64,000 nucleotides of DNA from Thermoplasmata archaeon (GCA_030040775.1 JASHTB010000009.1:29545-93544), one strand, 5' to 3'. Positions 17,208 through 27,490 are shown, counted from the first letter of the stretch. Notes: a model not told the origin generated them from the letters alone. Numbers and translations: made by a program.

Positions 17208-18107
17208 ATGGCCGAAACGGCGGCATCGGCCCGGGTGACTCCGGTCGGCCCGGCACTTCCCGTGGTAGGGAAATCGGAGATCAAGCCGACGTGGTGTCCC
17301 GGATGCGGCGACTTCGGCGTCATCGCGGCGATTGAGATCGCGGTCAAACGTCTCCAACTCCCCAGCCAGAACGTCGTGATCGTCTCGGGGATCGGCTGTT
17401 CGTCGAACCTTCCGCACTTCCTCTCCTCCTACGGCTTCCACGGGATTCACGGCCGGGTCCTCCCGGTCGCCGAAGGGATCCGGTGGGCCAACCACGGGCT
17501 CACCGTCATCGGCACCGGAGGCGATGGCGACGGGTTCGGGATCGGGGCCGGCCACTTCGTCCACGCGATGCGGCGCAACGTCGACCTAACCTACGTGACG
17601 ATGGACAACCAGATCTACGGTCTCACCACCGGCCAGGCGAGCCCGACCTCGTCCATGGGCCAGAAGACCAAATCGACACCGACCGGCGTCATCGAGAACC
17701 CGATCGAGCCGGTGGCCCTCGCCCTCGCAAGCGGGGCCACGTACATCGCCCGGGGATTCTCCGGCGACCCCAAGCACCTCGCCGACCTCATCGCGAACGG
17801 AATCCAGCACAAGGGGTTCTCGCTCGTAGACGTCTACAGCCCGTGCGTCACCTACAACAAGCTCAACACGTTCGACTTCTTCCGCCAGCGCGTCTACAAG
17901 CTCGAGAGCGCCGGCCACGACCCCACCGACCCGGTCGCGGCCTGGCAGCGCGCGCTCGAGTGGGGCGACAAAATCCCGATTGGCCTGTTCTACAAGGTGG
18001 ACAAGCCGACCTACGAGGACCTCGAGGAGGTTCTCTCGGCCGGGCCGCTCGCCCTCCAGGCCGCGGGACTTCGCGGCAAGGAAAAGCTGCTGGACGAGTT
18101 CGTCTAA
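17208..18107 (+). CDS. 2-oxoacid:ferredoxin oxidoreductase beta subunit
   Basis: WCPGCGDF, GIGCSS, GGDGD TPP motif, YGLTTGQASPT, SPCVTYN. Confidence 0.96.
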   Translation: MAETAASARVTPVGPALPVVGKSEIKPTWCPGCGDFGVIAAIEIAVKRLQLPSQNVVIVSGIGCSSNLPHFLSSYGFHGIHGRVLPVAEGIRWANHGLTVIGTGGDGDGFGIGAGHFVHAMRRNVDLTYVTMDNQIYGLTTGQASPTSSMGQKTKSTPTGVIENPIEPVALALASGATYIARGFSGDPKHLADLIANGIQHKGFSLVDVYSPCVTYNKLNTFDFFRQRVYKLESAGHDPTDPVAAWQRALEWGDKIPIGLFYKVDKPTYEDLEEVLSAGPLALQAAGLRGKEKLLDEFV

Positions 18108-20176
18108 CGCTGCGCCTCGGGCGACCCCGGGTCGCGGGCGAAGAGGTACGCCGCCCCCTCGTGGAACAGAAGCGGAAACTCGCTCGGGTCGGCGAGAAAC
18201 GGGGCCGGGGAGAACGCCGTCCAGAGCACGCTGTTGTTGCCGGTCACGAGGACGTAGCCCACTGAGAGGTAGGTGAGCGCGGCCTCCCCCCTCACGTCGA
18301 GCGTGCCGTTGGAGAGTTCCGCGACCAGGAGCGTGTAGGACGCGTTCGCGTACTTCCAGCCCGGAATGAGGGGATAGAGCAGGACGACGTCGGGAGCGTA
18401 CCCGGGAAGGAAGTCGGCCGCGCTCCCGGGCGCGATGAGAACCCGCGCCCCGCTCGGGAGGTGCGAGCCAGCGTACTCCAGGAGGGCGAAGTCGTCGGCC
18501 GAGACGTTGCCGAGGTCGTGGTAGAGTGGCGAGAGGACGGAGGGAAGCTCGAGCGGGGTAAGCACGACCCCGGGGCCGACGATCAGGAGGACGACCGCGA
18601 CCGGGACGACCGCGTGCGTGGGGTCGAGAGGAGACGACGGACGCGCGGGTCCGACCGTCCCCGCTCTAGGACCGGCCGGTCGCACGGAGAGTCGGTCGGC
18701 CCAGCCCCAGAGCCACTCGAGCGCGACGATCAGCGGGAGGGCCGCGACCAGCACGTAGATGGTGAAGATCCACGTCGAGAGCTCTCCCGCGCTCGCGACC
18801 GAGGAAAAATCGACCGCCGGTCCGAATCCCGTCGAGGCGACGTAGACGACCGCGAGGAGCAGGAACAGGGACGCCCACGCCGAGAGGACCCACCGCCGAA
18901 AGCCGCCCACGTACCTTCCGACGGCCGACCGGGCCCCGACGAGCACGAGGACCGCAAGGCCCGCGACGATCAGGACGGCGAGCTCAGCGCGGATCGCAAG
19001 GAGAGGGGAGAGCGCCGTGTCGCCCGGCCGAAAGAGAAACGGGTCGAGGAACCCCACGAACTGGGCCGTGGTGATTCCCGTAGGGGTCCCGGCGGGTGCG
19101 GGAGAGGCCCCGGGAACGAATCCTGGGCTGGCGTGTCCCCGGACCAGGACGTAGAGGGAAGGGACCACTCCGACGAGGCACGTTCCGAGCGCGGTCGCCC
19201 ACCGAGCGAACCAGCGTTTCGGATCGGCCGAGAAGGTCGGTCGAACGGTCGCTCCGCCGACGAGGAGAGCGAGGATCAGCCACTCGGCCCCGACCGGGTT
19301 CATCGCCGCCGAGTACCCGAGCAGGAGGCCGAAGCCGGCCGCATCCGCGGGCGCCGGAGGGGACGAACGGAACCATTCGGTTGACTGTCCCGCCAAGAGG
19401 AAGACCAGGGGAAAGGCGAAGACGAAATCGTTGCTCCCTTCGACCATCCCCCGGGTCGCGGGGGCGAGCCAGGCGAGCATGAGGGCGACCGCGAGACCGG
19501 CGCGGTCGCTCCCCAAGGCTCTGCGGCCGAAGACGAACCCCCCGATAGGTGCGAGCGCGATGAACAGCGGCGTCACGAGCAGCGAGGTCCGGGCAGCGGG
19601 GAGGCCGAACGTGAGCTGGGCCCAGGCGAGCCAGACCGTCGTGCCCTGGGGGTAGAGGATGGCCGTCGAGGCGTACGGTTGGAACGAGAGGGGAATCGAA
19701 TGGTTTCGCAGGAGCAGGGCGGTGTAGGTGGTGAGGAGCCCGGAGTCGAAGGTGTTTCCCGTTCCGATCGGAACGGCGACGGCGAGCTCGAGGACGTAGA
19801 GGGCGAGAGCCGAAGCGAGGACGAGGAGATAGGTCGGACGTGCGAGGGAACGGAACGAGCTGAGAAGCCGGTCTAGCCTACCGTGTCGCCGGAGCTCTTG
19901 CACGGCCAGGAGCGAGAGGCCGAGCGCCGCCGCCACGGGGACGGCGAACACCACGGGCGCGACGAACAGTCCGAGCGGGACCGCGGCGATCAGGTAGAGA
20001 ACGCCGCCCCCGAGAAAGAAATCGAGCAGCAGTCGCTCGAGGATCTCGGGAGCGCGCCAAAGAGAGATCCGGCGCGCCGCGAGCACTCGAAAGAACTCTC
20101 CGACCACGACGGCGACCCCGGCCCAGAAAAGGAGCCCGACGGCCCAGAGCCCGCCGGGCGGTCCGGGAAGGTCCAC
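18104..20176 (-). CDS. Large polytopic membrane protein, GT-C-like glycosyltransferase candidate
   Basis: More than 12 hydrophobic segments, an external loop with D..YPQG and a soluble C-terminal domain; divergent from a flippase. The GT-C call is inference. Confidence 0.65.
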   Translation of the reverse strand: MDLPGPPGGLWAVGLLFWAGVAVVVGEFFRVLAARRISLWRAPEILERLLLDFFLGGGVLYLIAAVPLGLFVAPVVFAVPVAAALGLSLLAVQELRRHGRLDRLLSSFRSLARPTYLLVLASALALYVLELAVAVPIGTGNTFDSGLLTTYTALLLRNHSIPLSFQPYASTAILYPQGTTVWLAWAQLTFGLPAARTSLLVTPLFIALAPIGGFVFGRRALGSDRAGLAVALMLAWLAPATRGMVEGSNDFVFAFPLVFLLAGQSTEWFRSSPPAPADAAGFGLLLGYSAAMNPVGAEWLILALLVGGATVRPTFSADPKRWFARWATALGTCLVGVVPSLYVLVRGHASPGFVPGASPAPAGTPTGITTAQFVGFLDPFLFRPGDTALSPLLAIRAELAVLIVAGLAVLVLVGARSAVGRYVGGFRRWVLSAWASLFLLLAVVYVASTGFGPAVDFSSVASAGELSTWIFTIYVLVAALPLIVALEWLWGWADRLSVRPAGPRAGTVGPARPSSPLDPTHAVVPVAVVLLIVGPGVVLTPLELPSVLSPLYHDLGNVSADDFALLEYAGSHLPSGARVLIAPGSAADFLPGYAPDVVLLYPLIPGWKYANASYTLLVAELSNGTLDVRGEAALTYLSVGYVLVTGNNSVLWTAFSPAPFLADPSEFPLLFHEGAAYLFARDPGSPEAQR

Positions 20177-20264
20177 GGAACGGCGAGTCGCCTACACCTT
20201 ATAGAACAGTGCCGGCTCGGCGCTAGGTATTTACTCTGAGAGACCAGCCCGGCGGCCGGAGAGC

Positions 20265-21827
20265 GTGGTGACCACGGCGTCCGACTCGGGAGTCCGGGAA
20301 GGACTATCGAGCGTCACGCGCGGCACGCTCTTCGTCCTCGTCTCAACGCTCTGCTTGGTCGGGCTGACCTTCGTCTCTCGCGTCGTGCTCGTTCGCGGGA
20401 TCTCTCCGGGGGCTTGGAACGCGTTTTCCTTCGGACTCACCCTCGCCGGAGTGCTCTCCGCCTTCGGAACGCTGGGGCTCCCGAACGCGGTCGCCCGGAA
20501 CATTCCGTACGCTTCGAGCGATGACGAGCGGCGGGCCATTATCCGGGGCGCGCTCCTCGTCGGGAGCGGTGCGGCCGCGGCGATCTCCGTGGTCCTCTGG
20601 TTGACCGCCCCGTCGATCGGGAAAGCGCTCGGCCAGCCTGCGATCGGCCTCGGCCTCGAGTACTTTCCGATCGCGGTTGGCTCTTCGATCGTCGCGACCC
20701 TCATCGCTTCGGTCTTCCAGGGCTACGAGGACGTCACTCCGAACGCCCTCTATCTCCAGGTGATCAACCCCGCTCTCTTCGTCGGGTTCCTGGGGGTCGC
20801 CGTCGTCGTCCCGGCCTACGGGATCTCGTTCACCGAGTCGCTGGTCGCCTACGCCGCGGCGAACGCCGTGACCCTCGGCCTTCTCGTCCTCTATCTCTAC
20901 CGGCGACTCCCCCGACGCCTTCCCTCCGGTCCTCGGGCCCCGGGGGCGGTCTCTCGTCTCCTCCGGTTCGCCGCCCCGCTCTTCGTGGTCAGCATCATGT
21001 CGAGCGTGATCGGCTCGGGGGACACGCTCGTTCTGGGGGTCTACCACTCAGGGGAGGTCGGCACGTACGTCGCGTCGCTCACCCTCGCCCGGCTCCTCGG
21101 GATAGGGATCGGCGCGCTCGGATACATCTTCCTTCCCGTCGCGTCGAAGCTCCTGAGGCAGAACGACGCCCGCTCGATCCTGCTCACGTACACGACGGTG
21201 ACGAAGTGGATGATCCTGGTCTCGCTCCCCCTGTTCCTTCTCTTCTTCTTCCTGCCGAGCGCCTCGCTCGGGTTCGTCTATGGCTCGAGCTACACCGCGG
21301 TGATCACGCCGCTGGAGGTCGCGGTCCTCGGTGCCTTCCTGACGACGCTCGTCGGACCGGCCACCACGGCTCAGGTCGCCTACGGGCAAACCCGGCTTCT
21401 GATGTACAACGCCGTGGTCGCGGGTGTGGCCGACCTCGTCCTCGCGCTCTGGCTGGTTCCTTCTCTCGGCTACGTAGGCTCGGCGATCGCGTGGGCGAGC
21501 GCCAACGCGCTCTACTCAGCGGCATCACTCGCCGAGCTCGCGGTCCTCTCGAACGTCCATCCGTTCCGCCGGCACTTCGTCCTGCCCCTCGTCGCCTCGG
21601 CCGTCCCGGTCGGTCTCGTGCTCGGCGTCGTCCGCCCGACCGTCCCCCTCCTCGCCCTTCCCGCGCTCGGGCTCGGATGCGCCGGCCTCTTCGTCGTGGT
21701 GGTCCTCCTCACCCGGAGTGTCGACGACGGGGACCGTCTCCTGCTCGAGGCCGTGGAGCGTCTCTTCGGACGCCCCCTCTGGCTGCTGCGACGTATCGGT
21801 CGCTACGGTCTCCCCCGTAGCAACTGA
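20265..21827 (+). CDS. Oligosaccharide flippase (Wzx/RfbX, MOP family)
   Basis: About 14 TM; LGLPNAVARNI, DTLVLG...EVGTY, LP..SKL, GSAIA motifs. Confidence 0.88.
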   Translation: MVTTASDSGVREGLSSVTRGTLFVLVSTLCLVGLTFVSRVVLVRGISPGAWNAFSFGLTLAGVLSAFGTLGLPNAVARNIPYASSDDERRAIIRGALLVGSGAAAAISVVLWLTAPSIGKALGQPAIGLGLEYFPIAVGSSIVATLIASVFQGYEDVTPNALYLQVINPALFVGFLGVAVVVPAYGISFTESLVAYAAANAVTLGLLVLYLYRRLPRRLPSGPRAPGAVSRLLRFAAPLFVVSIMSSVIGSGDTLVLGVYHSGEVGTYVASLTLARLLGIGIGALGYIFLPVASKLLRQNDARSILLTYTTVTKWMILVSLPLFLLFFFLPSASLGFVYGSSYTAVITPLEVAVLGAFLTTLVGPATTAQVAYGQTRLLMYNAVVAGVADLVLALWLVPSLGYVGSAIAWASANALYSAASLAELAVLSNVHPFRRHFVLPLVASAVPVGLVLGVVRPTVPLLALPALGLGCAGLFVVVVLLTRSVDDGDRLLLEAVERLFGRPLWLLRRIGRYGLPRSN

Positions 21828-22094
21828 GGCCGAGCCGGAGGCTTCGGTGGTTTCTCGTCTCTCCCGCACGTGGTCGGCCAAGAGCAACACGACACCCGCT
21901 CCGAGCAGGAAGAAGACGTACTCCGCGAGAGTGTTCGCGGCCCCGGTGTCCCCGCTTGCATCGACGATGGCGGTGACCACCAGCAGGGCGAGCGCCGCGC
22001 CGATGAGATACCGAGCGTCGAGGCCCGCCCAGAACGAGTAGACCATGTACGCGACCAAGAGGCCGAGGAAGACCTCTGCATAGGGAAACGCCAC
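21525..22094 (-). CDS. Small membrane protein (3 TM) with a long acidic tail overlapping the flippase gene
   Basis: Hydrophobic N-terminal ~80 aa; start uncertain (GTG 22094 or TTG 22142). Confidence 0.6.
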   Translation of the reverse strand: MAFPYAEVFLGLLVAYMVYSFWAGLDARYLIGAALALLVVTAIVDASGDTGAANTLAEYVFFLLGAGVVLLLADHVRERRETTEASGSASVATGETVATDTSQQPEGASEETLHGLEQETVPVVDTPGEEDHHDEEAGASEPERGKGEEGDGRADDAEHETDRDGRGDEGQDEVPAERMDVREDRELGE

Positions 22095-22276
22095 GTCGCG
22101 CCTCGCGCCGCGACCGGCCGCGAGTTCAAAATCGTATGCCAATCACGGGCGCTCGCTCTCGTCACGCTGGCGTTCGGCCCGGTCCGCGTCGCCGAGTATA
22201 ACCGGGAGCGCGCCCAGTCAGGTTTACATAGGGGCGACTATCATCCGGTCGCCGGGAGCGTTTTCCTGGTCGGTTC

Positions 22277-22861
22277 ATGACAGGACCCTCACGCGGACGA
22301 CGCATCGTACCGATCGCGTTGGGGGTCGCCATGCTCGGGATCGTGGTGGCCGCTGCGCTGAGCCCGAACACCGGCGTCGTACAGGCCCAGACGCCGGCCT
22401 CCTATGTCTCCGTGAGCCCGAACTACACCCCTGTCTATGTCGGCGTCGCGCTCGCCGCGATCGCTGCCATCATCGTCGGGCTTCTCTTGCTCATGCGCCG
22501 GCGCCGCCCGCCGCCGGCAGCGGCTCAGCCCCCGGTGCAGGCCTGGCAGGGCGGACCGAGCGGACCCGGCGGAGCGGCCGCCCCGCCCGCCCCTGCCCCG
22601 CCTCCGCCTCCGGCGGCCGCTCCGGCGTACCTCGAGACACCCGAGGACGTCGGCCACGCTCCTCCGGCCGTCCCGGTCACCAAGGGCGGGGCCGCCGCGG
22701 CGGGAGCGGGAGCCGGTGCTGCGGCCGGCGAGGCCGAGCCGGACATCGACTCGCTGATGGCGGAGCTCGACAAGATCAGCGGCGAGATCCTGAAGCGCGC
22801 GCCGAAGAAGGGCGCCCAGAAGCCACCCGCCGAACCCGGCGAAGAGGAGCAAAATCCGTAG
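22277..22861 (+). CDS. Membrane protein with signal/TM segments, Pro/Ala-rich linker and C-terminal amphipathic helix
   Basis: Signal-like N-terminus, TM followed by RRRR, then EPDIDSLMAELDKISGEILKR. Confidence 0.75.
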   Translation: MTGPSRGRRIVPIALGVAMLGIVVAAALSPNTGVVQAQTPASYVSVSPNYTPVYVGVALAAIAAIIVGLLLLMRRRRPPPAAAQPPVQAWQGGPSGPGGAAAPPAPAPPPPPAAAPAYLETPEDVGHAPPAVPVTKGGAAAAGAGAGAAAGEAEPDIDSLMAELDKISGEILKRAPKKGAQKPPAEPGEEEQNP

Positions 22862-22918
22862 TCATCCCGCCTTCGCCCGGCGGGGGGCTCTTAAGAACCC
22901 GCGCGCCGTCGATACCCC

Positions 22919-23173
22919 GTGTCCGACCAACCGGGCGCACCCGACCCCAGCAAGCTCCTCGCGGAGCTGCGCCGGGCAATCGAGCGGGCGCCCTCGCGAC
23001 CCCGCGAGATCGAGGTCGGGGTGGCTCTCTCTATCGCCCTCGGCCGATTGCGTACCCCCGTCGCGTGCGGAGGGTGTGCGGAACCTCTCGCCTTCGAAGG
23101 GATACCGGCTCGAACGAACGCTCGTCTGTCGGTCCCGTTTCGCCTCGTCTTCGAACGGCCCACCGGGTCGTAG
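22919..23173 (+). CDS. Small hypothetical protein with one CxxC
   Basis: TTAA at 22891-22894 lies 25 nt upstream of the GTG; the ORF fills the intergenic gap. Confidence 0.5.
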   Translation: MSDQPGAPDPSKLLAELRRAIERAPSRPREIEVGVALSIALGRLRTPVACGGCAEPLAFEGIPARTNARLSVPFRLVFERPTGS

Positions 23174-23203
23174 CCGGACCCGAACCCTTCCCGGAGCTCC
23201 TTC

Positions 23204-23896
23204 GTGACGTTCTCTCTGGTCGGCAGCCTTGTAGACGCCATCACGACCGTCCTCACGACGGTCGGGCTCCCGGGCTTGTTCGCCCTGATGGTGGTCGAGA
23301 GCTTCGGCCTCCCCCCCATCCCGAGCGAGGTAATCCTTCCGTTCACCGGCTTCCTCATCGCTGACGGGACGTTCTCCCTCGCAGCCGCGGTCACGGTCGC
23401 TCTCGCCGGTGCGCTGGTCGGCTCGTTCGCCGCCTACGCCGTGGGACGCTGGTGGCGGCAGCGGATCACCGGTCTTGGGGTAGGCCGGCTCCGACTCGAG
23501 GCCCGCCACCTCGAAAGGATGGACCGGTTCTTCGCTCGTCACGGCGAAGCAACGGTCGGGGTCGCTCGCCTCGTACCGGTCCTGCGGGCGTACATCTCCT
23601 ATCCCGCAGGGACGGCTCGGATGTCCCCCGTTCGATTCGGAGCGTTCACCCTGGCCGGGTCGATTCCGTTCACCCTCGCTCTGGTCTACGCCGGAATGGT
23701 CCTCGGCTTGAACTGGCGGGCCGTCTCTTCGACGTTCCAGTACATCGACATCGCGCTGATCCTGCTCGTGGTGTTCGTCGTAGCGTACATTCTTCTCCAG
23801 GTCGCGGGCGTTCTCGCTCCGGGCTGGCCTCCTCGAAGGGTCTCTGGTGGCCCCGCCCCCGTGGCCGGGACCGACCCGAGGCAGCCCGGGCCGTGA
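23204..23896 (+). CDS. DedA-family membrane protein
   Basis: ESFGLPPIPSEVILPFTGF, FFARHG, RLVPVLRAYISYPAG. Confidence 0.93.
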   Translation: MTFSLVGSLVDAITTVLTTVGLPGLFALMVVESFGLPPIPSEVILPFTGFLIADGTFSLAAAVTVALAGALVGSFAAYAVGRWWRQRITGLGVGRLRLEARHLERMDRFFARHGEATVGVARLVPVLRAYISYPAGTARMSPVRFGAFTLAGSIPFTLALVYAGMVLGLNWRAVSSTFQYIDIALILLVVFVVAYILLQVAGVLAPGWPPRRVSGGPAPVAGTDPRQPGP

Positions 23897-23931
23897 AAGG
23901 TTTCGTCGGAAGGACCGATCGGAGGGGCCGG

Positions 23932-25302
23932 TCAGGGGCCGGCGGGCTCGGTATCCGTCTCGGTCGGCGACCCTTCACCCGGCGCGAACTCCGGGCGCAC
24001 CACGGCCCCCGTCGGCCGTCCGACGTACTCCCCGTCCTCCACGATCCGTTCGCCGTCCCGGTAGTGCTCCCAGGGGAAGATCGCCTCCCATCCCTCGAAG
24101 GCCGTCCAACCACAGGGTGCGGCGAGCCGTCGGGGGTCGAGCCGTGTCCGACGCTTAAAATCGACCACGAGGAGGTTCGCCCGGTGCCCGGGCGCGATGC
24201 GGCCGAGAGGTTGACCGACCCAGCGGGCCGGACGGTCGCACGCGGTCGCGATCAACGTCCCCAGGTCGAGTTCGCCCGAACGGACCCGGTCGAGGAAGAT
24301 CGGTAGCATCGTCTCGACCCCGGGCATTCCGCTCGGGGCGGTCTCGAACGGGAGCTCTTTCGCGGAGAGCGAGTGGGGTGCGTGGTCGCTCGCGAGGCAC
24401 GGGATCTCCCCCCGTCGATACGCCTCCCAGAGCGATTGGCGCTCCGCCTCGGAGCGAAGGGGAGGGTTGACCTTGAAACGGGAGTCGAGGCCGGAGCGCT
24501 CCGAGAGCAGGAGGTGGTGCGGGGTCGCTTCGAAAGAGGTCCCGGCGCTTCGAAGTCTTGCGGCCGAAGCCGCGGTAGTGACGTGAGCGATGTGCAGGCG
24601 AAGCGCCGCGGGCGGCGGGAGCAGCCGGTCGAGCGCGGCACCCTCGGCAGCGGTGGGACGCGCCGCGTTCCACCCGACTGGGTCGCGCGGGATAAACCCC
24701 GGACGAAACTCCTCGGCCGCCTCCGCGTGGACCGTGAGGGGAAGGCCGAGTTGCGAGAGTCGGGAGAGGAGCCCGGGAAGTTCCGCTCGCAACGGGACCC
24801 GATCGATGCCGGTCGTAGGACTGAGGTAGAGCTTGAACGCACCGGCGGTGCGAGCCAGGCGGTCGAGCGCCCCAGGTCGGCTCGGAACGGCGAAGAGGAG
24901 GAGGTCGACGGCCGCCCGCCCGTGAGCGGAACGGGCCTTCTCCTCCAGAACGTCTACGTCCGCTACCGCCGGGTTCGTGTTCGGCATGTCGCCGACGAGC
25001 GTCACTCCGCCCCGAGCCGCTTCGACCGTCCCCGAGGCGAGGCTCTCGACGGCCGGGTCTCCGCCTGGGTCGCGAAGGTGGACGTGGAGGTCGGTGGCCG
25101 CAGGCAAGATGACTGAGTCGCCCACGTCTCGCCGACGGCGAGCGGTCCGGACCTTCCCGACCGAAACAATCCGGCCCGAGGCGCCGATCGCCACTTCGAC
25201 CGGTTGCAGGCGTCCCCGAACGAGCGCCCGCCCCGCAAGGACCCATTCGGGTGCCTCGACCTCCCTCGAGGGGCGGTCGGTGGTACCGGACCGTCTTCGC
25301 AC
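23932..25302 (-). CDS. pyrC: Dihydroorotase
   Basis: DLHVHLRDPG, DMPNT, HAE, HIAHVT, EATPHHL, KVNPPLR, SDHAPH. Confidence 0.93.
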   Translation of the reverse strand: MRRRSGTTDRPSREVEAPEWVLAGRALVRGRLQPVEVAIGASGRIVSVGKVRTARRRRDVGDSVILPAATDLHVHLRDPGGDPAVESLASGTVEAARGGVTLVGDMPNTNPAVADVDVLEEKARSAHGRAAVDLLLFAVPSRPGALDRLARTAGAFKLYLSPTTGIDRVPLRAELPGLLSRLSQLGLPLTVHAEAAEEFRPGFIPRDPVGWNAARPTAAEGAALDRLLPPPAALRLHIAHVTTAASAARLRSAGTSFEATPHHLLLSERSGLDSRFKVNPPLRSEAERQSLWEAYRRGEIPCLASDHAPHSLSAKELPFETAPSGMPGVETMLPIFLDRVRSGELDLGTLIATACDRPARWVGQPLGRIAPGHRANLLVVDFKRRTRLDPRRLAAPCGWTAFEGWEAIFPWEHYRDGERIVEDGEYVGRPTGAVVRPEFAPGEGSPTETDTEPAGP

Positions 25303-25384
25303 GAACGGCGGGACGAAGGTGGTTCTAAAGAAGCCACCCCTCCGAACGCCGCAGCTCTTTTCTTCCCGTCTCCTTCCGAGCGTG

Positions 25385-26443
25385 ATGGCGCAGGCCCCCC
25401 CGCGACCGGTTTCGGCCTACGCGGCGAGCGGGGTCGACGTCTCGGCCCGCGCTCGCGCGCTCAAGGCTCTGCTTTCCTCGGTCCGGTACCGTCCGCCACC
25501 CGACCATGGCCGACCGATCGACGCGCCCGGCCACTACGCGGGCTTGGTGCGGATCGGACGGGAGACGATCGCGATTACGACCGACACCGTCGGGACGAAG
25601 GTGATTCTCGCCGAGCGCCTCGGACGGTGGGAAGAGGTCGGCGAGGACGTCGTGGCGGTGAACGTGAACGACCTCGCCGCCGTAGGCGCGCGGCCGGCGG
25701 CTCTGGTCGACACGATCCTCTGCGGCCGTCCTGACGAGGAGGTCTTTCGGTCGGTCGGTCGAGGAATCGAGGCGGGGCTTCGAAAAGCCCGGTGCGCTCT
25801 GCTCGGAGGAGAGACGGCCGTCGTTCCCGAGATCGTCCACGATATCGACCTGGGAGGTACGGCTGTCGGCTTCTTCCCTCGAGGTCGGCGACCGGTGACG
25901 GGGACCCGGATTCGTCCCGGCGACCGGCTGCTGGGAATCCCCTCGAGCGGAGTCCACGCGAACGGTTTCACGCTCGTGCGTAAGCTGCTCGAAGAGGGTC
26001 GAGTCGACCTCTCCCAGCCTCGACCCGGGTCGACCGTGCCGGTCGGCGAGGAGCTCCTCCGGCCGACCCGGATCTACTCGACGACGGCCGACGCCCTCGC
26101 GGGAAGGGCCGAGGTGCACGGGCTGGCTCACGTAAGCGGAGAGGGTGTTCGCAACCTCGTCCGACTGCATCCCCGGGTCGCTTTCGTCCTCGATCGGTGG
26201 CCCGCGCCTCCGTCGCTCTTCTCGTGGATTGCCTCGCTCGGGAACCTCCCCGCCGAGGAGATGTACGAGACGTTCAACATGGGCATCGGCTTTGTCGTCG
26301 TGGCCGGGCCAGAGCACCTATCGGAGACTCGCCGGCGGCTCGCCCGGGCCGGTGCCCCCGACTCGGTCGAGATCGGTCACGTCGAGCGGGGGACGGGAGT
26401 CAGACTACCGGCCCTCGGAATTGAATTCCGCGAGTACGCCTGA
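25385..26443 (+). CDS. purM: Phosphoribosylformylglycinamidine cyclo-ligase (AIR synthetase)
   Basis: YAASGVDV, TDTVGTK, VNVNDL, GGETA, SSGVHANG, TFNMGIG. Confidence 0.95.
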   Translation: MAQAPPRPVSAYAASGVDVSARARALKALLSSVRYRPPPDHGRPIDAPGHYAGLVRIGRETIAITTDTVGTKVILAERLGRWEEVGEDVVAVNVNDLAAVGARPAALVDTILCGRPDEEVFRSVGRGIEAGLRKARCALLGGETAVVPEIVHDIDLGGTAVGFFPRGRRPVTGTRIRPGDRLLGIPSSGVHANGFTLVRKLLEEGRVDLSQPRPGSTVPVGEELLRPTRIYSTTADALAGRAEVHGLAHVSGEGVRNLVRLHPRVAFVLDRWPAPPSLFSWIASLGNLPAEEMYETFNMGIGFVVVAGPEHLSETRRRLARAGAPDSVEIGHVERGTGVRLPALGIEFREYA

Positions 26444-26463
26444 GCGGGGCCGGCCGATTCCGG

Positions 26464-27441
26464 ATGAACCCTCTAGCGTCCTCCTCGCCTTCGAAAGGCC
26501 CCGGGACCTCGCGCCGGAACTCTGCGGTCGCGGCCTCGCTTCTCGCGGCGCTGCTCTGGTCGAGCTGGTACATCTTCGTCCTGAGGATCTCCCCCGGGAC
26601 CGCCCCGTCCGCAATCCTCGTCTACCCGTTCCTTTTCGGCGGGGTCGCGTACGCTGGTTGGGCCGTCGCGGAGGGTCACGGCCGGGCGTTCGTCCAGGTG
26701 TGGAGAGAGCCGTCTGCCTACCTCCGCACGGCGCTCCTGGTCGGCATGCAGTTCTCCGTGCTCGCGTCCACGTATCTCACGGGGCCGGTCGACACGTCAC
26801 TCCTCTCGCTCATCGGGGACGTGGTCGCGACACCTCTTCTCGTCGCGTTCGTCCTGGGCCAGCATCGGGAACAGATCCGCTCCCCTCTCTTCGCGCTGGG
26901 ACTCGTGTTGAGCCTCGCCGGGGGAACGATGGCGATCGCGGGCGGAAGGAGCCTGGCAACCGTGCACGGCGCCGGGTGGCTCGTCGTGCCGGTCGTTCCG
27001 CTCACCGTCGCGTGGTACTTCCTGTTGACGGCGCTTGCCAACATGCAGGCGCCGACGTCCGCGGTCGTCGGTCAATCGATGCTCGCGGCCGGGGCCGTCT
27101 CGCTGGTCCTCGCGCCCACGGTCCCGGGCGGGTGGGCCGGGGTCGCCTCGGTCTCGGCCGACCCTGTCTTCGTTCTCCTCGCCACGGGGCTCACGAGCTT
27201 CTTCCTTGCCCCGGTGCTCTACTTCGCCGCCCTCGGACGCGTCGGTCTTGTGATTCCGCCGATGCTGATGACGGGGGTCCCGGTCTTCACGCTTCTCCTG
27301 TCGGGCATTGTGCTCCATCTCTCTCTGCCGCTTCTGGCGCTTTTCGGGATACCCGTGGTGATCGTCGGGGCGCTCCTCACCCTCCGGGCCGAACGGCCGG
27401 AGCGACCGAGCACGACCGCGACTACAGGACCTATGACCTAG
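26464..27441 (+). CDS. DMT/EamA-family transporter
   Basis: About 10 TM in two repeats; LLAALLWSSWY start typical of EamA. Confidence 0.8.
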   Translation: MNPLASSSPSKGPGTSRRNSAVAASLLAALLWSSWYIFVLRISPGTAPSAILVYPFLFGGVAYAGWAVAEGHGRAFVQVWREPSAYLRTALLVGMQFSVLASTYLTGPVDTSLLSLIGDVVATPLLVAFVLGQHREQIRSPLFALGLVLSLAGGTMAIAGGRSLATVHGAGWLVVPVVPLTVAWYFLLTALANMQAPTSAVVGQSMLAAGAVSLVLAPTVPGGWAGVASVSADPVFVLLATGLTSFFLAPVLYFAALGRVGLVIPPMLMTGVPVFTLLLSGIVLHLSLPLLALFGIPVVIVGALLTLRAERPERPSTTATTGPMT

Positions 27442-27490
27442 GTTCCTCGCGGGCGCGCTCGTGGCCCAGGACGGGTGAGCGGGCCGGGAC

